A DNA stretch of 64,000 bases, taken from positions 6,262,001-6,326,000 of the forward strand of contig NC_135765.1 in the NCBI RefSeq assembly GCF_052425735.1. Reading direction: 5' to 3'. How positions within the stretch are numbered: the first letter of the stretch is position 1; every line of letters begins with the position of its first letter. Made by a program: the position numbers and the translations under genes. Positions 1-11,600 of this stretch are shown piece by piece. This stretch comes from Oculina patagonica (taxonomy: Eukaryota). The notes beneath the pieces were generated by a model. That model had not been told where the DNA came from. It worked only from the letters and a program-made list of their open reading frames with translations, and made no database searches.

Positions 1-769
1 TCACAGTGAGATTACACATTCTCTCATCATCCGAGAGTGGCTTCCAGAACAAAGGCATGGTCTCGTTAACAGTTTTCTCTCGTTGCACGCCCAATGAATT
101 GTTTTTATTTTCTTTTGACAGAACGAAATTCACGCACATGACCCCGAACACAGGAAACGCGCTCTTCAGGAGACTGGAGCAGAGTCCCAAAAGAAGAAGG
201 TTAAGGTGATTGACATCCGACACGGCTCACATGAACATCACCATGACAGTAAAAACCTCGGTAGGTTAAACTAAAATTACCACATCATTTTAATTCTCTC
301 CAGTAAGAGGTTTTTTATGCGCCCCCTCCAATGAAGAAGCCCTTCCCTATCTTTGTGGTATGTTGGAGACCATTTTCGTCGCAGAGGCAGAGCTAACTAA
401 TCTTGTACTTGAAAATATATTAACAGACTAAAGGAGAAATAAACCTTATTGTTGTTGTTGCCTTGGGCACGAGGAACAAGAGGCTCTAGGACCAAATGAT
501 TTGGTAAAATCCCTTAGAGAGGGATTTTAAAACGTGGCTCATTTCAGGGTGATAATAATGCATATCACATACTGACCATGTAGTAACCTCACACACTCTT
601 GTTTGTTCCATGTTGTTGTTTTTTAGGAAAGCACAGAGTCTCGCCGTCAAAGACAGCTTCTCCCTCTGTAGAGACGCCAACAACAGACCCGGAAACTGCT
701 AACCCTGAACCTAACACAAACGAACCAGAAGTGTCAACAGATTTAGATACGGACTCAGCCTTTGAATAA
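1..769 (+). CDS. Possible 3' end of an unidentified spliced gene; candidate exons <1-59, 122-260, 304-357, 627-769
   Basis: Pyrimidine-rich AG acceptors and GT donors with compatible phases give an open frame (...NEIHAHDPEHRKRALQE...KHRVSPSKTASPSVETPTTDPE...DSAFE*). One intron is only 43 nt, one donor is weak, and no family is recognised. Confidence 0.35.
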
Positions 770-779
770 GCCCGTCCCA

Positions 780-965
780 TGTTGAACCAACATAGAAACG
801 TTTTCCAATACTGATCCAACATAGAAAACGCTCTCCCGTATTACAAAACAAAGGGCAATGCTTCCTTTATTGTAACGACACAGGAAACGCTAAACCATAT
901 TGAAACAGGAAACTATGTGTTGAAACAGCATAGGAAACGCTGTTCCATATTGAAACAACATAGGA
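780..965. repeat. Degenerate tandem repeat (TGAAAC-AACATAGGAAACGCT-like units)
   Basis: Several imperfect copies of gaaac...cataggaaacgct...ccatatt. Confidence 0.5.
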
Positions 966-1369
966 AGGCATTACTGACTCTTCCTCTTGTTATTGTCTCC
1001 ATGTTTTGAAAACAAAATGGAATCTATATAAGCAAACGGTATAAGTTATTTGAGAGCTCCGTATATAGGCTATTTTGTCTTGGATTTCGTAGAAAGAGAA
1101 CTTGTATATAACGCAGAACGTACCGCATTTTCTTTCTCAGTACAAGTCTTAACAAAAACCTTCATTTTTCGTACTTTAACTTGTGCGTAGTCGTCTTTTT
1201 GATTTCACATAGTACTTTGTATGTGTTTTTTTTTCTTTTCTTTTTTTTTTTTTTTTTTTTGGGGGGGGGGGGGTAGGGTGTAATTGGAGGGACTGCCTGA
1301 GGAGGGGGAGTGGGGTGGAAGGCAGAGGAAGGAGAACGCCATAATGCTGTGTATGCCAATCAGAACAAC

Positions 1370-1580
1370 TTGAAATGACTCCGGATTGAGCGGTCTGAGT
1401 TCGAGCCCTTGCTGGGGTCATTGTGTTGCAAGACACTTCACTCTCATAGTGCCTAACACCACCCAGGTGTATAAATGAGTACCGGCGAATTTAATGCTGG
1501 GGTATCCCTGCGATGGATAAGCATCCCATCCAGGGGGAATATAAATACTCCTAGTCGCTTTATGCTGCAGAAACCGAAAT
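1370..1580 (+). mobile_element. tRNA-derived SINE, 5'-truncated; same family as 11298-11600
   Basis: B-box-like GAGTTCGAGCC followed by the family body (ttgtgttgcaagacacttcactctc...cccaggtgtataaatg...gcgatgga...catcccatccaggggg). Confidence 0.75.
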
Positions 1581-2759
1581 GAATTTGCTTTGGAAAACAG
1601 TTTGCTCAACCGAGGCTAACCACCCTAGCGGAGAGGGAATCGGACGTTTCGTATATTCCTTCTATATACTTGGGACTTAATAGAATCCGATTTTAATCAT
1701 TGGTTTTACGTCAAAAACTTGCTTGAATTTTTTAGGGTTTTCGGTTCTGGACATGTGGATGTCCTGCCAAATATGCTGGTTGTGAGTCGAAAATGTTTCT
1801 GGTACCTTTTAACAAACCGAACGTAGCCAAAAAGCTTATAAGAATGTAGGAGTTGGGGATTCAAAGATCCGATAGTTGGTAGTTTTCCTTAGCAGCACAG
1901 GTAGTCAAGGCCGTGCCTCCTCAAATTGCAAACTGATCTCTTACGTACTACAGAATCGAATTGTCGACATCAAAAACAGTGCAGCACACGGTACTAAACA
2001 GCACACAGAACCGTGTAACCCGTTTTGCCGACTTCTGTTGATCTGGATAGCATAATTTCACCTTCACGCGCAAGTGGCGAGTGTGAAGCTTTGCACGATT
2101 GTACATTTAAAGAAGAAGGGATTCGTATGTTGGTCTTGTGTAGCAGGGGCTTTTTCGGGGATTAAGCTCTATGGCGGAGCGGGAAGTGCCCTGCCACCTT
2201 CCGGGATCTTTTATATCAAGTGGACCAAAACATCATCAAGGAACATGGTGTTTAATGGAGATCTTAACTCACTCGCTTACAGGCAGAACTCAAAGTTTAT
2301 TACCGAAAAACGTTCCGTAACACTTGTTGTTGCTGCTATCGCCTTGCTCCGATCTTTGTAAAGTAAAACGTTCACTCCCGCAATTATAGGTTTTCTTCGG
2401 ATACTACAATTTTCTCCAACACTCCAAAACTCCAATCCTATCTGGACAATTGGCTACAAATTGAGCTTATCTAGATAAAGGTCCCGGGTTAAAGAAATCA
2501 ACCTGTTACGTGGGTTTCTAATTTACACCTATGGAATACATTCAAAGGTAACAAGAAAATAGCTTCTAAATACATTACATTTTATATGTATTTATTGCTA
2601 ATTTGATTTGGATTACATTTTTCAGCCTTCTAACTGATAACAAACCTAGAGCTGCATTTTAACTAAAAAACACGATCGTGTTTTGCATGCAACTGTTGGT
2701 AAAATACAGCGACTACGACTATAATGTCTGCTGAAAGAGGATACCTAAACTTCGAGCCA

Positions 2760-2890
2760 GGATCCGGTTAGCCTAAGTAGCGCTCCGGTTAGCCTGAATA
2801 ACAGTCTGGTTAGACTAAATAGCATTCGGTTAGCCTATCTAGCACTCCTGTTAACTTAAAGTCCTTAAATAGCACTCCGGCTAGGCTACT
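2760..2890. repeat. ~20-bp minisatellite (TCCGGTTAGCCTAAATAGCAC-like)
   Basis: About six degenerate tandem copies visible. Confidence 0.7.
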
Positions 2891-3364
2891 TTAGCTTGGG
2901 TTACTTGCGATAGCTTTTATAATAGGGTTAGGGTCCTAGCTCGGATCCTGGCTCGAATCCTGGCTCGGAGCCTGACTTAAACTGTCCACAGCCTCTCGAT
3001 TTTTCAACGCAAAAAAGCAAACGAAGCGAGCGCGAAGCGCGGGTTGCTTCTTTCGTTTTGCGCTGCGGTCAGTTCTCTTGCCGTTCTCACCGCGCGCTCA
3101 TCGATCGAAAAAAAAAAAACACTAAAAAATAGAGGGCTGTGGACAGTGTAAGCCTGACTTTATTATAAGTTTATCTCGTGCTGAAATCGCTCTTACAGGT
3201 TTCGCCGATTTTTCATCTAAATGTTAATATTCACCGCTTCACAAACAGTTCCACGAATGTTCGCGCATTGACTCTTGTCCATGGCTTCCTAAGAAAAAAA
3301 GCAAGCGATTCCAATGCACCACTGACAGTTGCCATGTCACCTTGTCGCGATAAAAATGTCATAA

Positions 3365-4771
3365 GGCTGCATTCATTAGGTATCCTACTGGGGGGGGGGG
3401 GGGGCAGAGGATTTTAAGGGGGGTTCTCAAATTTTTAGAGCAAAAAAAGGGGGGATATGAAAATTGTTAAATATCTACTGGGGGGATGCTTATTTTTTGT
3501 AAGATTCTGTCTAGCTTTTGTTATAGTTTTAAAAAGTGAAAAGTACAGCAGCTTCTTTCAAGGATTGTAAGCAACAAGGGTACCTCTATTATTCTGAGAG
3601 ACAAATAAGTATTAAGTATTAAATAAGTATTAAATAAGTATTATGTAGTATTTTAAGTCCTGATGATTTTTACCGTGTTTAAATAAAGATTATTGATTGA
3701 TTGATTGATTGACTATAGTAGCTATTTGAAGTTTTCAAGTAGTGTGCCTGGCCTGTAGATGTAATGTTTCGATACAGCATAGAAAGTAAAACATCTAAAA
3801 TGGAAACATTTAATGCAACCTCAGTCTAAGCAGTGCAACTTTATTGAATCAATGAATGCAAAAGAAAACAATGTAATTCAGTGCACAGTTTTATGAAATT
3901 GAACAACAAATGTGCACTAAAATGTTCAATGAAAGGATACGAACAATATGACTGGAAAACTATCGCGTCCACGTTTGAAAATATGAACAAGCTATACGTC
4001 AAAGAACTTAACAAATATTTAGACCGTCATAAACTTTCTCTCCTTGGGAAGAAAAATGATAAGATAAGGAGAATAATGGCACATGTCGCACTTGAGAGAA
4101 ATGATGCTGAACGGCAGGAAAATTAGGGTGAAGAGGATGGCAACAGCGGGGATGAATCCGTGGATGAGTGTGATAGTGAGAGTGATGATGATGATGAGGC
4201 TGTTGCTTTTGTCGACGAGAGTGACAGTGAAACGGAGGTTCCTGTCAATACTCCTGGTAGTACTCGTACACGAGCTGGCAGGCTATCTATACCTAATTTG
4301 CACTACTTAGACTGGCTGGCATAGGTATGACATAAACTGTCAAGACTCTCTCGATGTTGTTATTAAACATGTCTCTTGAAATCTCAAACATATATACCGT
4401 ATTATAGGAAATTAACGATACATGTTATTAACGCGAATTTCAAAAATTCGCGTTAATTTTATTGATGTTAACTTTTTTACTATAAGGATTTAACCAGAAC
4501 CTTTCTTGAATTCGCGTTAATTTTATTACACGTAAATTTTGTTCGCGTTGTTAAAATGCTTCGTTATATTCCTATAATAAGGTAGTGTACTATTATACAG
4601 ATATTTATTTTGATATTTCTTGTGAGGGAGGAGGGGGGGGTATTCATTTTTCGGCTGATTGCATGGGGGGATTATGAAAATTTGTATGGACCTTGGAGGG
4701 GATATAAAAAAACGAGCCGCTGAAAAAAAAATCCTCTGCCCCCCCCTGTAGCATACATAATGAATTCAGCC
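3365..4771. mobile_element. Non-autonomous PIF/Harbinger-like DNA transposon
   Basis: TIRs GGCTGCATTCATTA...TAATGAATTCAGCC, subterminal ggggcagaggatttt/aaaatcctctgcccc, flanked by TAA on both sides (3362-3364, 4772-4774). Confidence 0.7.
3881..4310 (+). pseudogene. SAP-domain-like coding fragment with a disrupted acidic tail, inside the Harbinger-like element
   Basis: NKLYVKELNKYLDRHKLSLLGKKNDKIRRIMAH fits the SAP pattern; a D/E/S-rich stretch follows past an in-frame stop. Confidence 0.5.
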
Positions 4772-5223
4772 TAACCTGATCATTTCCTCCTAACAGCGAA
4801 AAGTAATGTGATCTCTAAGAGAAGAAAATTTCGACAGAAATCTTTCTTGGCTGCTTATCATTAAGGTGTGCGGCGGGGGGAGGGGGAGGGGGGATTAGAA
4901 AACGGAAGCCGCAGATAAATGAAAAAGCACATGGCTGAAACAGAAAGTTATTACCAAGGTGTTCCACAGCTGAGCTGAGGAGCCAAGCACGTCGATTAAA
5001 ATTCGTGCAGGGCCTGGTACTGGGATTGGGATTTTTCTTTTTCTTCCCTTTATACATTCCACTCAAAAGTTCCTAAAATGTTTTGATAATAAAAAAAGCA
5101 TGTACTATAACTAGAAATCTGCGGCTATATATATATATGAGGCCTATTTCACGGCAACACGACGCAAGGCCCTATTCTCAATGGTGCAATGTAAGAACAA
5201 ACTGTTATTATATAAGGCCTAAA

Positions 5224-5582
5224 TTAAAGGGACTGTGTCAGAGATTTAAGCCAAATTTAGGCGAAAAATTAATCGCTTAAAACAGTAAAGGAACATTTCA
5301 AAAACACAGCAAATACAAAAGAAGGTACAGATAACCAAAAGTTGAGAAGATTGAAACGGATTGCGATACTGTTCAGCGGAACAGTATTTCAAAGTTAATC
5401 TCGTTTGCTTGTAACTTTAAATTGTAACGCCAGGGAGACACGTTTGGTTGTAGTGAAGCTATGGTTTTTCTATTTTGATCCACAGAAGTAATTTCTTTGT
5501 AAACATTAAGTTTTATAGCGAGTATTTGGCAAAACTTAATAAAAAATACTGGTCTCATGATCAGCCGTGACACAGTCCCTTT
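5224..5582. mobile_element. Kolobok-like MITE directly 3' of G1
   Basis: ttaaAGGGACTGTGTCA...TGACACAGTCCCTtt terminal inverted repeat; TTAA intact on the left only. Confidence 0.65.
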
Positions 5583-5624
5583 CACACAATTTTTACTTCA
5601 TAAGTTTTTTTGCTCAGTTCAACG

Positions 5625-8600
5625 TTACATGTTCTTCATCTCTTCGTCCAAGCCAATCTTCATACCAATGGACAATGGCAGCTCTGACTTGATGTCTTCC
5701 CACAGTTCCTTGAGGGCTTTAACCGTGTTGATCTCCTTTTTGCGCAGGTCTTCCAACACAGCTTTCTTTCTTCCTTGGTCAGTCCAGTTGTACTTCTTCT
5801 GAACACGAGCGAAGAATTGCTCCACACTCTCCCCACCACTGGAAACTCCTGGGGAAAGATTGAAAAATAAGAGAGCGCTGTTAATAGCTGCGCATGCACA
5901 AGATCTTTGAGTTGTTCCAAAATATGATAAAATACGATGAGAGTTACAGAAGTCTATTGATCAACAACAAACAACAACAAAAAGCTTTATTTAACTCTAT
6001 AATTTTACAATGTTTTTCACCTCCCAAAATTAGTGTAGCTATTTGAGGCGGGACAGTTGAAAACAAACAGGCTGGTAGAAAATGCAGAAAGGACAGGCCT
6101 TCGGGCAAATGTCGGGAAGTGCAAAGTCTTGAGAGTCAATGCAAAGAATAATGAAGCCATCACAGTGAATGGTCTGGCGTTGGAAGGTGTAGAGAAGTTT
6201 ATTTATCTAGGAGCCACAGTATGTAGGCAAGGGGGCGGAGAAGAAGACATCAAGGCTAGGCTAGGGAAAGCGAGGGGAGCGTTTGTGAAGCTAAATCGAT
6301 TATGGAATTCCAGCAGTGTGTCGAGGAAGACGAAGATCAGGCTATACAAAACATTGGTCAAACCAGTTCTCATGTATGGTTGCGAAACATGGAAAATGAA
6401 CGAAGGTGATGCTAAGAAAAATTAAATCGATATGTTTCAGAACCGATGCCTGAGGAGGATAATGAAGATTAAATGGCAAGATAAGATCAGTAATAGAGAG
6501 GTACTGGAAAGGGCTAACGTGGAGAGGTTGAGTGAAGAGGTAAGAAGAAGGAGATGGCGATTTATTGGACACATCCTCAGACAACAACCTGACAATGACT
6601 GTGTTACAGCCCTGACATGGACCCCAGAGGGAAAGAGAAAGAGAGGCAGGCCAAAAACAACCTGGCGGCGCACAGTAGAAAAGGAGAGGTCCAATGCAGG
6701 GTGGCAGTCCTGGAGAGAGGTGCGCACTGCAGCGCAAGACAGGAATCGATGGAGAGCACATGTGGAGGCCCTATGCGCCAACTTGGCGCCAGGGGACAGG
6801 TGAAGGTGAGGTTTGAGGCGGGAGGTGAAAGAGAAAATGAAAACATTATATTTACACAATGACATTAAATAATCTACAATAAAGAAAAGAAAAGAATTAT
6901 AGTAATATTAACGATGATAATAATACTATTAATAATAACACTAATGATAAAAATAAAAATAATTTAAGATAAAGATTTCAGGTAGTCAGTGAGGGAATTA
7001 ATTTCAACATACTCGTCCTCAGCTAAAAGTAAATCAAACATTGTTTGGAATTGTTTTTCGGAAAATTGTCTCAGGTTTGTCTCTTAAGGCCGATGCGATA
7101 TTGTTCCAGAGTAAAGTTCTGAAACGAGAAAAAGAACGCTTTGAAATTTCCAGCTTTGCATCTCACCGGCTGATAGTAATCCCCATTTGCTGCAGATCTA
7201 ATATGTATCGGTGAACTTCGTTAGATTTTATAAAGCGAACTCGAAGAGGTAATGGTGCAGATCCATGAGATATGTCGTGCGTTAAGTTTGCGATGGTTTC
7301 AAAATAAATCATGGTTACGTGTAAAATTTAGAATTGATGATTTAACGAAAAATGGAATGTTATGACATGCCCATTTCTAAGGGTAAAACATATGAGAAGA
7401 AGTACACGTTTTTGGAGGATTAGGAGCTTGTTGATAAGACATTTGGAAGCGTGACCTCATACACATATCCCATCGGTTAGGTAGGGTAAGATCAAGGAAC
7501 GATACATCGTTAGAAGTGTCTGTGTAGGGACAGGATGTCGCAGTCTGGCTATTGATGCCATGATTATAGCCAGTAAGAAGGCTAAAAAACGTTTACCGGT
7601 TAGCATTAGGACGCACTTAGCGAATCTGATCTGTTCTCTCATTGTCTGTTCACTGATCAGTGGAAGATGCGGACTCGGCACTGAAAGGCAAAATGATTTA
7701 TAATTTTTTGGCTCACCTCCAGTCGTGACCTCCCTTTCCATTTGATTCTTCTCTCGCTGCTTTTTAATTCGAATAAACCTTTCAGCGGAGAGCAAAACAG
7801 AATCCAGGATGTCAAGAGCGGTTCGATCAACTTCGAAGGATCGCTCGTCATCCACGTGTGTGTAATTTGCAATGAAGTAGGTTCTCTCGCTGGAACTACC
7901 AGTTGCCCAGGACGCCTGGTCAAAAGCTTCATCTTTATCCTCCTTTTCTTTCAGTCTGTCAAGATAAGTAATCACCGTCACAGGAGCATAACCTGTAAAG
8001 TGAAGGAACGGTTATAAGTCACAGGAGCATAAACTGTAATGCAAGGTAAAGATTATGAGGCACAGTAGCATAATCTGTAAAGTGAAATAAAAGGTTATAA
8101 GTCAGAGGAACAAACTCTGTTAAGTCAGTTAAAGGAAGGACGGGAAGGAGGAAAGGAGAGAGGGAGGGACAAGCGATTAAAATTAAAGTAAAGCGAGGGG
8201 GGGGAAACAAAGTAAAGAGGGGGGAGGGACAGGAGGTTAAATCTCCCTCCTCCCTACTTTTTGAATTAAAATTTCTCCCTCCTTCCAATTCTGTACCTCC
8301 CCCCTCAGTAAAGAACAGTAATGAGATTAAATTATCAAATACCCCTTCATGCAGATATGCAAAAAGTTGACGGTTTTAAAAGACCAGGTCTATAATAGAG
8401 TAAACCATGAAAATCAAGCGCCCCACCCCAGAACAAAATGTTCCAACGAGTTCCCCCTAGGAACTTCAACTTTGACATTAAAGCTAAAATTAATTTGAGC
8501 TAAAAGGTTGAATTTTTTTCTGGCCCATATTGCTATTACCATCTTGTCGAAAGTGCTCTCTGATCTTCTGGAGTGTGTCCTTGTACTTGCCATCCTTCAA

Positions 8601-11600
8601 ACGTGGATCGTTTGCCTTCACAACAAAAATCACAGCGTGTGCAAATTTAGAGAGCGCTGGAGCAGTGTTTGCCGCTGCGTTCGGCTCCTGATTTGCTCCT
8701 TGCTGATCATAATTTCGGACAATTTCTTCTCCAGGACGTATCCTTTAATAGAAACAAGAAAAAAATTACTTTTAGACCTGCCAACGGCCCTAAAGCAACC
8801 CCTTGTATAACTCAGAGCTACGATGTGTTATCCTACACTTGAGTGAAAATATATACTGTGAGATTAAGGCGTCATGCCCAGGAACAAAGCAAAAGGTCTC
8901 CAGTTGTGCCCGAGCTTAATGTTTTTGCGTGTGTTCGCTTTTACGAGAATGTCGAGAGAATGGGCTCTCGTAAAAGCGTGTTCGCTTTTACGAGAGCCCA
9001 TTTTCGTAAGCAATCAGCTCTAGTTACGACACAGGCAGCCCAAGCGATGGCTTCTTTAATATAAATTTGCAATGGTTGTTGTCGGTTCGACTCAAGCGAT
9101 CGAAAAATATGCTCAATAAATCGCTGAATTTGAGATCTTTCGTTCCTAAATTACTAACCTAAGGTTGACTCCGTGTTATTGTGAGATTTGATGGGGTTTT
9201 AGGACGATTAATTCCTTACTTGCCGCTGACGCCCCCTACTAATACTTTTTCTTAATGAAGCCATCGCTTGGGCTGCCTGTGGTTACGACCACTTTATCCA
9301 GTTCTCGAGGGGGGCGCTAACGAAAGCTTCGACTGTATACTCACTTGTTCGGCTTTAGTCGTGAAAAGGGCTGTCTGTATATTCCCGGGGTATCTTATCG
9401 AACGTTCGGCAATCGAACACCAATCGTTCAATTGGGTTTCGTAATCGAACATACACCTGTAATCGAACTCACACTAAAATTTGGTGAATCGAACACAATC
9501 GAACGTTCGATTACTGACCGGTCGACAGTTCTACTCAATCCAAGGTTCAATTACCGAGCGTTTTGGCGCCAAGAGATAAATTCTTAACAAAATCGAATCA
9601 CAAACAGCTCTTGTACTCAATCCAAAGTTCAATTTCTGAACTTTCTGGAGCCAAGGGATAAATTCCAAACAAAATCGAATCGGATTACAATAATCAAACT
9701 CACAGCAAATTAGATGTTCGATTGAATTTGGTTCGATTTTGTTCGAATAGATACCCCGAACAGATTAGTCCCTAAAATTAAATAAAGATGAACTCACTCC
9801 AAAATTGTCTGCAAGTGTGGAATGTACCCGCGCAAGAAAAATCAGTTCGAGACACCACGAGAATCATTACCGAGCTACGTTATTAATAAATACTTTTTCA
9901 GGTCGACTTTCCTTTCAGACATGCAAAAAAGAGACCTCACTCAAGCGAAACGTCTGTTTTCCTTACGCTAGCCTGAACAACACACACAACATGCATTACC
10001 TTCCTGACAAAATTTTGAGGCACTCATCCAGGAGCCTTTCGTCACTCTCAAAAAATCCTCTGGTGTCCACCATCCGAATTTTTTTCTGCACGTAGTATTC
10101 CTCAAGGTTAATGGTGCCTTCCTTTCCTGTTCCTTGCGCAAAGGCGACCTGAGACTCTCCAATAGCTCGCTGTAACGTGCCTTGTTGTAAAGGTAATCAA
10201 AAAGAGAATGCCTTAATGTTGGGCGATTTTCGATTGGGTGTAGTTCCACTCCCAGGGTGGGGGCGGGGTTCCTTTTTCCTTTTGTTCACCCCAAAAAATT
10301 CCCTTGTGTTCCACTGTTCCCTAAAAGTACTTTGTCGATTTTTGTAATCCCTGATTCCTAAAATTAAATATCAGAAACACGGCTTTTGTTCCAGTGTTCC
10401 CAGCTTTATTTACCTTTTGTCGACTTGTTACCAATTATTTTATGGTCATGTTCCCTTGTTCCCTGTAAACCCTGGGGGGGGGGGGGGGGCTCAGTAATCA
10501 CTCGCCAATCACTGGACGCGAGCAAGCCAGTGCACCAGTCAAAACTCGATACAAACACATGTAGCCAACACCTCTCGTACCCAGATCTTCTTAACCCTTG
10601 GGAGAGAATATCTGGTAAAAAGCCATTTTTGCTCATGTCAAATGTGTCAGAAATTTGTTCATACGACAAGACTACGCATGCTCGTTAATTTAGAAGAATT
10701 TTTAAAAAGCTCAATGGTCGTTTTAAATAGTTCACGGAAAAGTTTTCACAAAAGAAGAAACCTGTTCTTACCCACAAAACTGGTTTTCCCTGATCCTGTT
10801 GGCCCGATCAACGCAATACGCAACAAATCGATGTCGTCCACCTCCAGATCTCGGAAAGATTCTTTCTTAATTCTAGGACAGCTCTGAAAGTCGTAATTCA
10901 TCAGGTCGCCCTTAAGTTGGAGAAATCTTTCTTCCTCCTTCTGTTTTCTTTCTCTTTCCTCCCTCTCACGTTTTTGGCGGTCTAATTCCCTTCTCTGTTC
11001 GTCGTCTTCAACCCTCGTGCGTTCTGCCACTTCACGCAACGCCTGTTGACGATCTCTTTCCATCTCGTCACGCAACGCTCTCATTCTCTGTTCATTTTCT
11101 TCTCGGGCTCTCTGTTCACCTTGAGCGCGTGCATTGGGATCGGTTCTGTCCACTTCTTCATAGGTCTTTAATTAAAGACAAGAACATTATGCCAACAATC
11201 AAATAAACGAAGGGATCGTGCTTAAAATGATTTCAAGGATTTGGAAACTGTTCCATTTAGTAAGCCAAGGGACCGGTCATTATTTAGAGGGTGGGTAAAG
11301 AAAAGGTAAAGTCTGTGTCAGAGCCAAGTGGCCCATACAGCCGGAGCTTATCCCGGTTTCCGTAGCATTAAGCGACTAGGAGTATTTCTACTCCCCCCTG
11401 GATGGGATGCTAGTCCATCGCAGGGTAACCCCCCAGCAGTAAATTCGCCGGTACCCATTTGTACACCTGGGTGGAGAGAAGCACTGTGAGAGTAAAGTGT
11501 CTTGCCCAAGAACACAACGCAGCGCCCCGGCCAGGCCTCGAACCCGGGCCGTTCGACTCGGAGTCGAGCGCGCTAACCATTAGGCTACCGCGCCTCTCAC

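Noticed and set aside
2760-2890. CRISPR-like array
   Set aside because: Degenerate tandem units without unique spacers, eukaryotic context, no cas genes.
7457-7716. C-terminal extension of the 174-aa ORF 7457-7981
   Set aside because: Read-through past the donor at 7716 into intron and LINE sequence; all paralogs splice at this point.
10772-10830. Assignment of the P-loop to NACHT, ROC, GIMAP or septin families
   Set aside because: Downstream motifs (DTRG, ILSGRIR, HAVIFV, ITYLD, FIANY, SAERFI) follow the IFI44 order; no NACHT Walker B or COR domain is seen. An HMM search should still confirm.
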